Positions 10,852 to 25,080 of a stretch of 45,447 nucleotides of DNA are shown in pieces. This stretch comes from Octopus sinensis (lineage: Eukaryota): the NCBI RefSeq assembly GCF_006345805.1, contig NW_021834808.1:1-45447 (forward strand), given 5' to 3'. Below the pieces are notes generated by a model. That model saw only the letters and a program-made list of their open reading frames with translations. It was not told the DNA's origin and did no database searches. Within the stretch, counting starts at the first letter, position 1. Each line of letters opens with the position of its first letter. The position numbers and the translations under genes are program-made.

Positions 10852-11224
10852 GTGGAGGCGCAATGGTGCAGTGGTTAGGGCGGCAGACTCGCGGTCGTAG
10901 GATCGCAGTTTCGATTCCCAGAGTGAGTGTTCATTGAGAGAAAACACCAAAAGCTCCACGAGGCTCCGGCAGGGGATGGTGGCGAACCCTGCTGTACTCT
11001 TTCACCACAACTTTCTCTCATTCTTTCTTCCTGTTTCTGTTGTACCTGTATTTCAAAGGGCCAGACTTGTCACACTCTGTGTCATGCTGAATCTCCCCCG
11101 AGAACTATGTGAAGTGTACACGTATCTGTGGAGTTCTCAGTCACTTGCACGTTAATTTCACGAGCAGGCTGTTCCGTTGATCGGATCAACTGGAACCCTC
11201 GTCGTCGTAACCAACGGAGTGCCA
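10852..11224 (+). mobile_element. tRNA-derived SINE, family B
   Basis: Pol III A box TGGTGCAGTGG (10864-74) and B box GTTTCGATTCC (10908-18), followed by a ~300-bp non-tRNA body. No complete tRNA cloverleaf or 3' acceptor. Confidence 0.75.
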
Positions 11225-12920
11225 TGGATAGAATTATAAGTAGCGTTGCTGTGGACAATGAAAGATGGTCGTCTGTCATTCATGCAATCTCTACTGAAAC
11301 TAATGCGGTTGATTTTTATTTTTCTGGCCACAATGATACAATATGTAAAGACAGGATTTTTGCACCTGTCAACATAGATCGTGTTAACTAAAGAATTTAC
11401 AGCTATATCCTATGTTACTACATTGCGTCCATTAGATATGCATTTTTCTTATATCACATTTTAAAGTATCAATTTTCTAACTGTCGTCGCGTTTCATATA
11501 TAACGTGGAGCATTATTTTCGTAGGAAATATAAATTCCTAGATTTTCAAAAGAAACGATAACGAAAGAGAGAGAGAGAGAGAGAGAGAGAAGAGGTACAG
11601 ACTTTTCCCCTCTGACTTTCTCAGCGAATAAAAAGAAGAATGTTTTGTCGTGATCAGACTCTGTAGAATTAAATATGCCTGTGTCTTAATTCAAACGCTT
11701 CCATTCTGATGTGAGATTTTTCACGAACTGCGAAGACTATTTCCGGTGCATATTTCATTTCTTGATTAACTTTTTCAAAGAACTGCTTCGCTGTTGTTAG
11801 TCGTGGCCAACTTAGTATCAAAAAATATATTCTGGTAATGAAATCAACCTGGACAATCGATTATATCTGATTAAGCAGAAACAATTTCTCTTTATTCTTT
11901 TTTAGCTTTACGGGAACCTCGATGTGATCGGTGGAACTGGTAGAAATAACAGTTGGATTTCTCTCATTTTCCGCTGTTTCTTGAAACGGATGTAGGGTGT
12001 GTTTTGTGTCAAATAAAATGTGGATCCAAATGAAGGATGACCGGGAGCTAAATAAACGCTACAACGACAACACAAATACTAAATAATTATTCCCTTCAGC
12101 CATTCATTATTTCTTGCTCGGGTTAGAGTCGGGTGTTCAATTCCGTTTGTTGTGAATTGAGCCTTCGGGGCAAAACGGTGAAGTCTTCAGCGGTTTTAGA
12201 TTACGGAACCAAAGGAAGCGGAATAAAATTTTGCAATATATTTATTAAAATTGTAGGCAGTCTCTACTAACATTCATCGTCCTTTAATAAATTTATCATT
12301 GTTAATATTGTTGTGAATATCAATCGCTTTCTGGCGGAAAAGGGTCCATTTTGAAGAGGAAATATTGTTAACATGATAATTAGCGATAATGGTAATGATT
12401 GTTAAAATCGATTGCGTTCAGTTTTAATTCCAAACGATCCGCTTCATTAATACCAATGTTCAGTTTCTACGTGCTCAGCAGAATATATTTCCTGGATAAA
12501 AGAGTTGAAATTTAGTTCATAAATTTATTTAAATTAATAATTTGTTTCCATTTGCAATTAATATTTTTGCTTGCTTGCTGTTGTTTTTGTAGCTACAAGT
12601 GTTTTAAAAAATTTTTTTTATATATATTACGAAATATTTGTCAAATTTGATTTCATTTTGAAATAGAAAAATATTCAATTGATTTATATATTTATTTTAT
12701 TTATATGTTGTATTTATGTATTTATTTTATTTACATGCTGTAGTTATGTATTTATTTTATTTATTTATTTATTATTTTATCCAATTACAAATTCAGAAAT
12801 TCAAGCTTATAACATGAAACAGTTCAAAGATATTTTTATCTTATTTTTTCAATCAGGCAACAGGCAACTCAATTGAGATTGTCATTGAGATTTCAAATAC
12901 TATATATATACAAGCGACAT

Positions 12921-12967
<47 letters not shown>

Positions 12968-13388
12968 TACACACACACAGACATACTAACAAACAGAGGC
13001 ACACTTGCGTGAATATATGCTTGTCTGTGCGTGTGTATTTGCGAGCGCTTTCGTGAGTGTGTGCGCGCTTCTACATTGTGTTTGTAAGCTAAATTCTGCT
13101 ATGTGGGGAGGGATTTCATTTAAAAGACAAAACAGTGCGCTCAGGTTATCACCAACAGAACAATCCGTATTTTGAAATCTACTTGGAATATTCAGTGAAA
13201 CGGATCCCTTGGTAAAACAATTACACATTAAAATAAACATTTAAATAAGCAGAATGCAGTCTTCTTTTGAAAGCAGACCGACCCATACCTTTTGTGTAGT
13301 AATAAGGCGTTTATAAGTCGTAAGCACGCCCAGCAAGATGCATAACGGCATTTCGTCGGTTCTGAGATCACATTCCGCCGACTTCCAC

Positions 13389-13769
13389 TTTACTCTTTTA
13401 CATGTTTCAGTCATTTGACTGCGGCCATGCTGGAACACCGCCTTTAGTCGAACAAATCGACCCCAGGACTTATTCTTTGTATGCCTAGTACTTATTCTAT
13501 GTTTTTTTTGCCAAACTGCTAAGTTTCGGGTACATAAACACACCAACATCGGTTGTCAGGCGATTTGGTGGGGGACAAACACAGAAACAAAGGCATATAT
13601 ACATATATACGACGGGATTCTTTCGGTTTCCGTCCGCCAAATCCTCACTTACAAGGCTTTGGTCGGCCCCTGTGCTATAGAAGACACTTGTCCAAGGTGC
13701 CATGCAGTGGCACTGAACCTGGAACCATGTGGTTGGTAAGCAAGCCTCTTATCACACAGTCACGCCTGC
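13389..13769 (-). mobile_element. SINE family A
   Basis: Collinear with 6160-6577. Confidence 0.88.
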
Positions 13770-13770
13770 A

Positions 13771-13888
13771 CCTTTCATCTTTTCGGGTTCGATAAAATGT
13801 GTTCTAGTTGAGATCTGAGGTCAAAGTGACCAACTTGACGCTTTGCCCCAAACCGTTGCTGGCCTTGTGCTAAAAGCTGAAACCAATA
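13771..13888 (+). mobile_element. 3' fragment of Nin/Deu-domain SINE (family C)
   Basis: CCTTTCATCTTTTCGGGTTCGATAAAATG plus tail TTGCTGGCCTTGTG..GAAACCAATA, shared with 26112 and 29769. Confidence 0.6.
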
Positions 13889-14100
13889 TATCTGGTCTGT
13901 CCACAAATATTGAAACGTGATTTCAGAAATGCTTGAGAGCGGTGTGCATTTTCAACAGTATTTACAGAAAAGATAAACCGGGATATATGACAGGGGCGTG
14001 GATGAGTAGGGTTAGAAATATGGTAGTGACTGTCTAGTGGATAAGATGGGGTACATGCAGCTTCTCCGCTGAAACATATCTCTCTATCTATTTATCTGTC

Positions 14101-14521
14101 TGTCTCGCGAAACTTTCAAAAAAAGGGTGGGTGAATGTAGCAAAGATGGTGCGTGCGAGTGACGAAACCACTTTGAGCATGATCCTGTAAATCGTAAAAG
14201 AGAGAGAGCACTTTGCTCTCATGTGTTTATTTCCTCCCTGACTGAGGTTACCGTGGTCTTTTCTGTAGGCTTTTCTTCCCACGGATGAGCCTAATTTTGT
14301 TTCTTACTGTTTAAAAATGTGTTTCTGTGATACACGATCCCTTTTGATCGCTTTTTTTCTTTTTTTCCCTTTCTTTTTCTTTTTTTCCGATCTTTTTTGA
14401 TCGGAATTTTACATTTGTTTCCTTTTATGTTTCCTGTTTTCTTTTTCCTTCTTCGAAAAGAAAAGCTCTACATTTGTATTTGTCCCCTCTGTATTTCAGC
14501 CCTGTGTGGCCAATAAAGAAA
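14101..14521 (+). mobile_element. 5'-truncated copy of the Tx1-like LINE (last ~30 codons of ORF2 plus 3' UTR)
   Basis: Homologous to ~40295-40758 (KKGWVNVAKMVRASDETTLSMIL* versus KKRWVNVARMARMNDEATLTMIL*; same UTR motifs). TATC-like repeats flank both sides. Confidence 0.9.
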
Positions 14522-14523
14522 GT

Positions 14524-14580
14524 TATCTGTCTCTCTGTCTGTCTGTTTATCTATTCATCTATCTATCTATCTATCTATCA

Positions 14581-14641
<61 letters not shown>

Positions 14642-14775
14642 CTTATCTATCCTTCTATCTACTTACTTATCTTTCACGGTATATACCTACCTATCTACCT
14701 ACCTACCTACCTATCAACTTACCTACCTACCTATCTACCCACCTACCTACCTATCTACTTACCTATCTACCTACA
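14524..14775. repeat. (TATC)n/(TACC)n microsatellite
   Basis: Direct reading. Confidence 0.95.
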
Positions 14776-15220
14776 TATTCACATACATATTCACATAAAT
14801 ATTTATATAGGCGTATATAAAATTATTTTTCTCTCCGTATCCTCACTGTTGGAGGAGAATAAATTAATTTAAATTCTCCCCAAGAAGAGGTCAACTGTTC
14901 AAAAGCAGTTCAAAACAGTACGACACAGTTTAAAACAGTTCAAAAACAGTTTAGTTCCCACCCCGCTGGGGGCGGGGCTCACAAATAAGTCCGCAAAGAC
15001 TTTAAAACAGTTCAATTTTTTAACAGAAAAATATATACAACGCCACAACGGCCACAGAAAATATGTAACAATTTCTATTTCCCGTAACCGAGAAACAGAA
15101 CAGTTCAACAAATAATACTAACAAGTTCAACGATACCAGCAGGAGTAACAATATAATCCAACGGTAGATCCAACGATAATTTCAGCACGAAGCACAACCA
15201 ACGACCGTAGTCTATAACCG

Positions 15221-15252
15221 GAAGCAAGCTTCTTACCCGACAGCTACGCCTG
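15221..15252 (-). mobile_element. SINE family A head fragment
   Basis: gaagcaagcttcttacc..acagctacgcctg. Confidence 0.5.
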
Positions 15253-16081
15253 TTTATATAAATAAGTGCATGCGTGCATGTGCATGCTTTTCTGTATATA
15301 TGAATGTATGTACATGAAATTCTAATTCTAATTCTGAAGAATTCTCTTCCCTATGTCTCCCACTGTCAGTAAACACTGCACCGTAGCGCCCTCAATAACC
15401 CATTAAGTCCCAGAGTACATACATTTCTGAATATTACTTTTAGATTTTTACAGATGATTGAAAATAGGTTAAAATGAAAAAAAAATAATTATTAAAACTC
15501 CTTTACTTCAAGTAGAAATGGAAATACTCGGTGTCCTATAAATAGGACACGGAGACAATGTGATATAGCTTATTTAATGTTCTCATTTAGTGTCATATTT
15601 ATAGGACAGTGCGACTCTTCACGAAACTCTCTATTCTCCTAAAAGCTGAACTTATACATCTTATGAGCAGCTAGGTTCTTTTTCTAATATGCCCCCCCCC
15701 TAAAAGCGTCTTGTTCCTATAACCATCATATACTTCCATAATCAAAGATGATGGAACTTCCTTTCAATATTCAAACTAAAGCTGGTTCCAAGTTGCTGTA
15801 CGGAACAGCGAAATAAATATATAGAACCCCAGAAAAAAAAAAAATAAAGAGAAGATTAAGGAGCGAATGAAATTATTTGGCGAGAATGAGGAATTAGGTT
15901 CTTACATAATGATGATTATCCGAGTAAGAATTGCCCGGAAAAAGAAAAGAAAATTATGCCAAATTTTATCGCAGGCAGAGCAAGAAAAGAAGCAAAATGT
16001 CTGTGGAAGTTACTCAAAGACGTAATTAATATACAACTAGGTTGGCAATAGTAGGCAATAATCATAATAATGACGATGATG

Positions 16082-16082
<1 letters not shown>

Positions 16083-16143
<61 letters not shown>
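16083..16143. repeat. (AAT)n microsatellite
   Basis: Direct reading. Confidence 0.95.
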
Positions 16144-16144
<1 letters not shown>

Positions 16145-16469
16145 TTTCCCCCTCTCTCTCCTTCTCCCTCTCTCTCCTTCTCCCCCTCTCTCTCTCTTTC
16201 TATCTGTCTCTCTCTCTCTTTCTCTGGTGTGGGCTAAATACGTTTAGGGGCAATGATAAACAAACGATGGTAAAAGAAATAGAGAAGGAAGAGAGAGAAA
16301 CAGGCTGGCATAGTGACGCAGAGAAAGAGAGAGAATGAGAGAGAGAGAGAGGGGTGGGGAGAAGGAGAGGGGAATTTTTCGGAAGGAATACAGTTATATA
16401 TATATGTGTGTGTGTGTATGCGTGTATTTATGTATTACATATATATACACACATGTGCATATGTTTGCA

Positions 16470-16765
<296 letters not shown>

Positions 16766-16868
16766 TACACACACGTGTACCTATAAAATATACACACATG
16801 CATGTACATCTGTAGTGAATGAGAGAAGGTAAGGTTGTAAGACACACAGATATAGAAAGGTTAAGTGC

Positions 16869-16913
<45 letters not shown>

Positions 16914-18194
16914 GAGAGAGAGAAAGAAAGAACCATGGAGAGAAGGAAGAGAGCAAAAAGTGAGAAGTAATGGAATGAAAAAATAAAACAGACGCACAGA
17001 CAGACAGAAGAAGAAGCGGAAGATGTGGAGAGCAAAAAGAAACAATGATTAGATTGGCAGCCGTAAAAATGTGAAGATATGCCAAGAGAGGAATATAAAC
17101 AGGGAAGAAAGAAAGCAAAAAAAAAATAATAATAATAATAAAAAAAATTTAAAAAGCCAAAAAACCCCTGAAATATACGAAGAACTATTGGCAGCAACAT
17201 GAAATGGTTGGTCATGAAATTATCGAAGTCGCTAAAATTTTAACATATCTTCATGCATATTGAACAACAAGTAACAGAAGGCCAATTCTTTCAAGTTTTT
17301 GCCCTCAGTCATAACTCAGTAAAACTGCTTCATTTTCTGTTTGTAGTTGCATCCAAACAACTCCACCTACACACGTATAAATATATATATAACGTATGGA
17401 TATAGACTATAGAGAAATAGAAAGAGATGGAGATAGTTTGTGTGAGCGACTAATTGCCATGTAGGTCTACAGTAAGTCAAACACACTTAAAGATTTGTCT
17501 TTACTTCAGTAACTTCCATTTGCGGTTTATGTTTATTATTTACGACATCAGTCAGTTCCATTTACGCTAAGCATCTGTATAGGTTCTAAAGTATACCTCT
17601 GTCTCTTCCTTTGCACATATTGTACGTTTGTAAATGTAGATAGCTTGACTGTTAGTGAGTGAATATTTATATAGATATTACCCGCATAACACAGGCTAAT
17701 TAAATTGCCATTCGCTCATGTCTTCATAATTATGTGTGCGTGTTTTTACATTTATTTATATACACACACTGAAATACATATATTCGCAAAATGCACTTTC
17801 AAGTAACAAATGTAATCATAGCACACACACACGTATACATGTATATTCCTATAAATACGTAAACATATACACATGTACACACGCGCGCGCGAATTTGTAT
17901 ATATATATACGCCTAAGAGACCATAAGTCAGGGAAAATATACACTCGAATATTTTTCAATTGAGTGGGTATATATACATACATACATACTACATATATAA
18001 AATATATATATATATAATATATCTATATATTATTATATATATATACAAAAACAATAAAGATTCAAGTTAATTTAAATGAATTTACTTGAATATGGTACCT
18101 AACTTAGATGCCCCAAAAAACTATACGGTTTTAACAATACAGTAATGGGGGTGGGGTGATTATAAGCGAGAAAGAAGCAACAAGAATGGATAGG

Positions 18195-18280
18195 TTTTTA
18201 AATCGTTTCATACAAGGACGGCTTTATTAAAAGTTGCAAAAATTGCAGCATATAACGGGTCCCGTACTCATCAGCTAAAA
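18195..18280 (-). ncRNA. Hammerhead copy lacking the cleavage site (4-nt GUAC deletion)
   Basis: Minus strand UUUUAG-CUGAUGA-GUACGGGAC..GUCCUUGUAU-GAAACGAUU-UAAAAA; the + copy reads GAAACGAUUGUACUAAAAA. Confidence 0.65.
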
Positions 18281-19009
18281 TACATGTGAGTTCTAGACAT
18301 CCTAGTGGTTGAGGCTATACTCATGAAGTAATGTAGATAATTAAGTAACATAAACAGATTTCCAAAGTTCATTAAAGTTCTTTAAAGATGATGTACAGTC
18401 TTATCACAGAATTTTAAAAAAGTGTTAATAGCATCACAGAGAAGGTGATTAATCCATAGTGTACATATGAATTTCCAGAGATATGAGGATTAGGATTACA
18501 TATCACAGACGACAAATTTATCCATTGCTAATCACAACGAGGTGGGGTCCAATCCTGCTTATTAGCATTACAGAGAGGGTGAATTAATCCTTTGTATAGA
18601 TGCACAATTCCAATGGTGTAGATGTAAATTTCAGAGAAATGAGAGGAATTCATATTCACAGACGATAAATTATCAATGGGTTGAACACAATGAGGTAGGT
18701 ATCAATTTCTTTGCTATATGATTAGGTATTTGCCACATTAATCACATTACTGCTATTTTCAAGAGACTGTAGCTATTTGCAAATAGTATGTAATCCCTCC
18801 TCATATCTCTGGAAATTCATATGTACACTATGGATTAAGTCACCTTCTCTGTGATGCTATTTAACACTTTTTTAAAATTCTGTGATAAGACTGTACATCA
18901 TCTTTAAAGAACTTTAATGAACTTTGGAAATCTGTTTATGTTACTTAATTATCTACATTACTTCATGAGTATAGCCTCAACACTAGGATGTCTAGAGAAC
19001 TCACATGTA

Positions 19010-19099
19010 TTTTAGCTGATGAGTACGGGACACGTTTATATGCTGCAATTTTTGCAACTTTTAATAAAGCCTGTCCTGTATGAAACGATTGTACTAAAA
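19010..19099 (+). ncRNA. Type-I hammerhead ribozyme with intact core
   Basis: Stem I UUUUAG(19010-15)/CUAAAA(19094-99); CUGAUGA 19016-22; 9-bp stem II GUACGGGAC/GUCCUGUAU; GAAA 19082-85; stem III ACGAUUGU; GUA triplet. Predicted cleavage after 19093. Confidence 0.8.
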
Positions 19100-19131
19100 A
19101 CCTATCCATTCTTGTTGCTTCTTTCTCGCCG

Positions 19132-19180
<49 letters not shown>

Positions 19181-19202
19181 ATATATTATAATTAACATAT
19201 AT

Positions 19203-19454
19203 AAACCATGCGATTCCGGGTTCAGTTCCAATGTGTGCCACCTTTGACAAATGGCTTCCGCTATAGCCTTGGGTCGTGTGAGTGGATTTGGGAGGTGAAA
19301 ACATCTATGTGTGTGTGTGCGTGTGTCTTTGTGCCTCTTGGCAACCGGTGTTGATGTTTGTACACCCCCACCACTGTAGCTTAGCAGCTTAAAAATTCTT
19401 CAAAGCGTTGCCCCAGGATGGCCGCAGTCTTATGACTGAAAGGAGTAAAAGATA
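19203..19454 (+). mobile_element. Degenerate, internally deleted SINE family A
   Basis: gggttcagttcc..gctatagcc..gtgagtggatttgg..atggccgcagtc..tgactgaa..gtaaaaga. Confidence 0.7.
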
Positions 19455-19489
19455 AATGAGAATAGATATATACATGCATATTCATGGTT

Positions 19490-20030
<541 letters not shown>

Positions 20031-20477
20031 TAGAGTAAGAATCATTGAACATGAATTTAACTAACTTTTAAATTTACACACATTCACGATAAAAGTTTTA
20101 AAGAGCACAAAATGAAGAAAATATATTCCAGTTGTATACAGGGTGTATATAAATGACCTCAGTCGGCACAAATAGGAGAGAAGCAGTCAAGCATTACACG
20201 TAACCTAGTCTACACTGAGACCATATCAAAATAGTTAAAAAAGAATGTGAAAGTGGTGTATAGCTCTGTAGTTAAACAGATCAAAGGTTTAAGAGAAAGG
20301 TATTTGTTTAATAGTTTCTACACATGTTACATAAGTTATTTTCATATAAAACTTGAAATATTTATGGCGAAAACAAAAATCAAGACAAATAAACGAAGCA
20401 AGTATGTTAAGATGTGGAAATGGATTATTTTTTACAACAGTATTATACGAAACACATACATACATATATATATGTAT

Positions 20478-20664
20478 GCAGGAATGACTGTGTGGTAAGT
20501 AGATTGCCTACAAACCACATGGTTCCGGGTTCGATTCCACTGCGTGGCACCTTGGGCAAGTGTCTTCTTACTACAGTATCGGGTCGACCAAAGCCTTGTG
20601 AATGAACTTGGTAGAAGGAAACTGAAAGCGGCCCATCGTCTGTATGTGCATATATATATATATG

Positions 20665-20700
<36 letters not shown>

Positions 20701-20956
20701 CATATATATATATATATATATATATTACACACATATGTGAGTGCGCGCGCGCGTGCTTGAGTGTCTGTGTTTGTCTCCCCACCATCGCTTGAAAACGATG
20801 TTATTGTTTACGTCCCCGTAACTTAGGCGGTTCGGTAAAAAGAGACCGATAGAGTAGATACTAGGCTTACAAAGAATAAGTCTTGGGGGCAATTTGTTCG
20901 ACTAAATTGTGTGAATCGAGCATGGCCACAGTCAAATGATTGAAACAAAGAAAAGA

Positions 20957-20957
<1 letters not shown>
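20478..20957 (+). mobile_element. SINE family A, full length
   Basis: Head TGTGTGGTAAG..GGTTCGATTCC (B box), CCTTGGGCAAG, internal (TA)n, complete tail. Confidence 0.9.
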
Positions 20958-20990
<33 letters not shown>

Positions 20991-21050
20991 ATTATATATA
21001 TATATATATTATATATCTATAATATATATATATCTGTAAATGTAATATGT

Positions 21051-21112
21051 GACAATTATTCCGAGTTTCGGATGTCGAGGTGGAAATCCTCGCCGTAATC
21101 TCTTCAGTTATC
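21051..21112 (-). ncRNA. Possible degenerate hammerhead
   Basis: Minus strand GAUAA-CUGAAGA-GAU..GAGG/CCUC..AUCC-GAAA-CUCGGAAUA-A-UUGUC. Stem I pairs, but stems II and III need indels. Confidence 0.3.
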
Positions 21113-21612
21113 CGGCCATCGGAAAAATGCTATGAAAAATGACCGTTATACAAAGGGAAATTACTGTGTGATTGACCATTATTAAGACAAAAGAGCTATT
21201 TGAACGACTGTTAAGTAAGGGGATGGAGTAAGGTAAGGGGTAAAAAAGTTCATAGTATTCGCGTAAGCGCGTCTGTTCATACCTACGCATGTGCGCCCGC
21301 ACACCAACGTGCGTGCGCCTAAAATTATACATTCATCCACCCTCACTTGAAAACGTACACATCCTCACTCTCATCGTTCGCTAAATGTATATGTATATAC
21401 ATACAAACCCACACACACACGCACCATAAAAGTTCATACATACGTCTATATACGCACAAGCACAAGAAAAAACAGGGTTAAGGGTAACAATACAGAAAAG
21501 AGGCATAAGGGAGTATACAAAGAGTAAAACACGTCTATATACGCGTATATAAGCGTGTGTGTGTGTGTGTGTGTGTGTGGTGCATAAGGATATGTACGTA
21601 TATAGACGTGGT

Positions 21613-22630
21613 TTATATAATTTTTCCATTCAATTGATTCAGAAAACTGCGGAATAAATGATAATCAGATGAGGGAATGTCCGGCGAATATGGTGGGTGG
21701 AACATCGTTTCCCGTTCAAACTGCTCCAGCCTTTGGAATGTCATCCTCGTTGTATGTGACCGAGCATTATCCTGATTGAAGAATACCTTTCGTCTTGAAA
21801 CCAAAGATGGTTGCTTTTCTTCTAGCGCTAACTTAAGCCGCTCAAGCTGCTCTCAGTAGAACTCCTTTGTTATTGTTTGGTTTGGGTTTAAAAGTTGAAA
21901 GTGTATTAAACCTTTAATATCCACCAAACAGATAAGAACAGCTTACGTGGGTGAAGACCTTCGTTAGCTTGGCGTGCTGGTGTTTCTTCTTTCCCTACCC
22001 ACTGTCTAAAGTGCTTGACATTTTTATAGAGAACCAATTTCTTGTCACCAGTCACTAATCGGTCCAAAAATAGCTTCATTCGTGAGATGTGTCAGCAAAG
22101 AAGAGCACACATTTACTCTCTGCGCGCGACTAGACTCGGAAAGTTTGAGAGGAACGCACTGACCCAATTTGCTGACTTTTCCGATGGTACGCAGGTGTCG
22201 ATGAATGGGTGAATGACCAAATCCAAGCAATTCTACTAGTTCCGCAACTGTTACGATGGGATTTTGTTCCACCAGGGTTTGGAGGACGTTCTCGTCGAGC
22301 TCTACAGATCTTCCAGGACGAGACTCGCGTTCTAGGCTGCAGTTTCCGGCTCAGAATTTCTGGGACCACCGTTGACACTGGCTTATGCTTATTGTTCGAT
22401 CCCCATATACTGCATTAATATTCCTCGCACTTTCCATTGCCTCGTTGCCTTTATTGAACTCATAAAGCAAAATGTGCCGAATATGGTCCTTTGTCACATC
22501 CATTATAGCTTTGAAAAAGAACTGTTAAAATCGAACTACACTCTTCAAAACATGCACTAAGAATAAATACAAGGTAAAATTACTACCTGCTTTTATAGCA
22601 GGTTCATGCAGATAATTTATCCCATCCCCC
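21613..22630 (-). mobile_element. Decayed mariner element, second family, 3'-truncated
   Basis: ATG at 22503 (minus): MDVTKDHIRHILLYEFNKGNEAMESARNINAVYG..QRW..F..GN.SLE.ESRPGRS; GKVSKLGQCVPLKL; DNARSH; HPPYSPDIPSSDYHLFRS. Many frameshifts; right TIR absent and left TIR position approximate. Confidence 0.88.
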
Positions 22631-22662
22631 TCCTACTTTAATTCATGTATTCATGGAATGAC

Positions 22663-22667
<5 letters not shown>

Positions 22668-22733
<66 letters not shown>

Positions 22734-22747
22734 ATATATATATATAT
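22668..22747. repeat. (TA)n microsatellite
   Basis: Direct reading. Confidence 0.95.
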
Positions 22748-23114
22748 GGAGTAAGTGCCATGTGTTCATACGATGCTATTTTTTTCTGTATTATGTTGCT
22801 TTCAGTTAATGTTAGCATCATGACAAGATGTTGTCCTTGTTTCCCTGTTATTGTTTGTCTGCCCGTATCCCTGTTGATGTTGCCATTCGCTATCTTTGTT
22901 AGATCAACACAAGACACTGCGATCGAAGTTCTCTCACAATCAGCAATGTGTTAAACGAATCGTGCTAAAAGATCATTTGTTACAGAAGGCCTTTGCACTA
23001 ACGATGTTTTGTTCTCGCTTTACATTTTGATCAATATCTTTAAATAGAAACTAATATCAACAACAATACGCAGCCAAGTAAGAAAACCCTGAGGACTCTT
23101 TTGTTATCATTGGT

Positions 23115-23192
23115 ATTATTATTATTATTATTATTATTTTATTATTATTATTATTATTATTATTATATTATTATTATTATTATTATTATTAT
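23115..23192. repeat. (ATT)n microsatellite
   Basis: Direct reading. Confidence 0.95.
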
Positions 23193-23824
23193 TGTCGTTA
23201 TCTTTATTGGTATTGTTATTGTTTTTGTTGTTGTTTTCGTTTTAACTTTTTCTCGTTCCATATTTTTATCAAACTAAGCGTAAATACATACATTTGTATT
23301 GGGAATATGAAATTAACCTGGAAAACAGTTGCTGGCATCAGAATAAGACTGAATTAGACTGGCAAATAGGAGAGGAGAGAGAGGAAAGCGTGAACGATAT
23401 ATACATACAATATACACGCACACATACATATTTACATGTTCATTTATTTATTCATATATCTATATATACATGTGTGTGTATATAGATGTTTGTATTTATA
23501 TACAAAAATACACATATATGTCTGTGAGTATATATGTGTTTATATATGTAGATAGATACATAGAAACATACATAGATAGGTATACATACATGCATACATA
23601 CAGACATATCACACATACACATATATATATAGGACCAACCAGATTGAACTGTCTCAAGTGTAACTGCCCAAAACCGTAAGGACTTCTGGTAACTTGACTG
23701 AGGAAAGAAGGCCATGAATGACCCGTTATTTTTTGCCTGTCCTTCTAATTGTTGTTTCCCCTGTTCGCCATTGTATCGTCTATATGTCCGAATGTTTTAT
23801 TGTCCTCTATTACGTTTTTGTTCC

Positions 23825-23878
<54 letters not shown>

Positions 23879-24219
23879 CCAACAACATGGTTCCGGTTTC
23901 AGTCCCACTGCTTGGCACCTTGGGCACGTGTCTTCTACTATAACCTCGGGCTGACCAAAGCCTTCTGAGTGGACTTGGTAAACGGAAACTGAAAGAAGCC
24001 TGTCGTATATCTGTATATATATGTGTATGTGTGTATATATTTGTGTGTCTTTACAACCGATGCTGGTATGTTTACGTCCCCGTAACATAGCGGTTCGGCA
24101 AAAGAGACCTATAGAATAAGTACTAGGCTTACAAAGAATAAGTCTTGGAGTCGATTTGCTTGACTAAAAGGCTGTGCTCCAGCATGGCCGCAGTCAAATG
24201 ACTGAAACAAGTAAAAGAA
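23879..24219 (+). mobile_element. SINE family A, slightly 5'-truncated
   Basis: Collinear with the other family A copies. Confidence 0.88.
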
Positions 24220-24361
24220 TAAAATAATATATATATACATAAAGGATGAATATATAATACATATATACATATATACATTCACACACACACAGGCACACAC
24301 GCACACACACATATATATACAAGAAGAAGAGAGAGAGAGAGGGAGAGAGAGAGAATGAGGG

Positions 24362-24425
<64 letters not shown>

Positions 24426-25034
24426 GAAGAGAGGCGGAGATGCAAAGAAGGCTATGAAATTATAGTTTTCGACAAACGTAGCTCAACAAACACACACCAG
24501 ATTCGAGAAAGGAATAAAAAGAATAACGGAATAGAGGTATAGAGGAAGAGAGGAATTCAATTTTGTCTGACATTTTCGTTGTACGCTGATGAAATTGCCA
24601 ACATAGAAAACAAAGCGAAGAGTGATATTTTCGGACTTTTCTATCCATTGAATTCAAAATAGTCCTTAAATATTCCTCGGTTTACTTTGCTATCAGAGTT
24701 TTAACCACACAATTCTTTCTCTCTGTATCTGTCTGTCTGTATGTCTGTCTCTCTCCTTTATTTATATAATATACACTCGCATGTACACTTTCGTTTTGTC
24801 TCTTTTAGTCATCCATAAAATAAACATCTGCACAAACATTAAAGGCAACATTTTAATTACAATGCATTGCTTCCGATAGTAAATATAGAATCCAAACGGG
24901 GATCTCGCAATCTGCACCACACATACAAACACGCGCATCCACATATACATATATGTACACACGGCCAAATGTATATTTTTGAATACATACACACATGTAT
25001 GTATTTGCGTGCGTATCTGCGTGAGTGTGTGTGT

Positions 25035-25080
<46 letters not shown>

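Larger units (their letters stand above)
18166..19129. mobile_element. Penelope-like remnant with ~340-bp near-identical inverted arms, each with a hammerhead
   Basis: 18166-18502 is the reverse complement of 18787-19129 with only a few indels or substitutions. The 284-bp spacer contains a degenerate tandem duplication (~18431-18552 versus ~18564-18707). Confidence 0.75.

Noticed and set aside
10852-10920. tRNA gene calls at SINE heads (also 20478, 29540, 41976)
   Set aside because: A and B boxes are present, but there is no complete cloverleaf or acceptor stem, and each continues into a repeated SINE body.
22658-22954. Hydrophobic ORF MTRCCPCFPVIVCLPVSLLMLPFAIFV.. after a TTTCAG acceptor-like site
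   Set aside because: No recognisable homology or clear donor; T-rich DNA readily yields hydrophobic ORFs.
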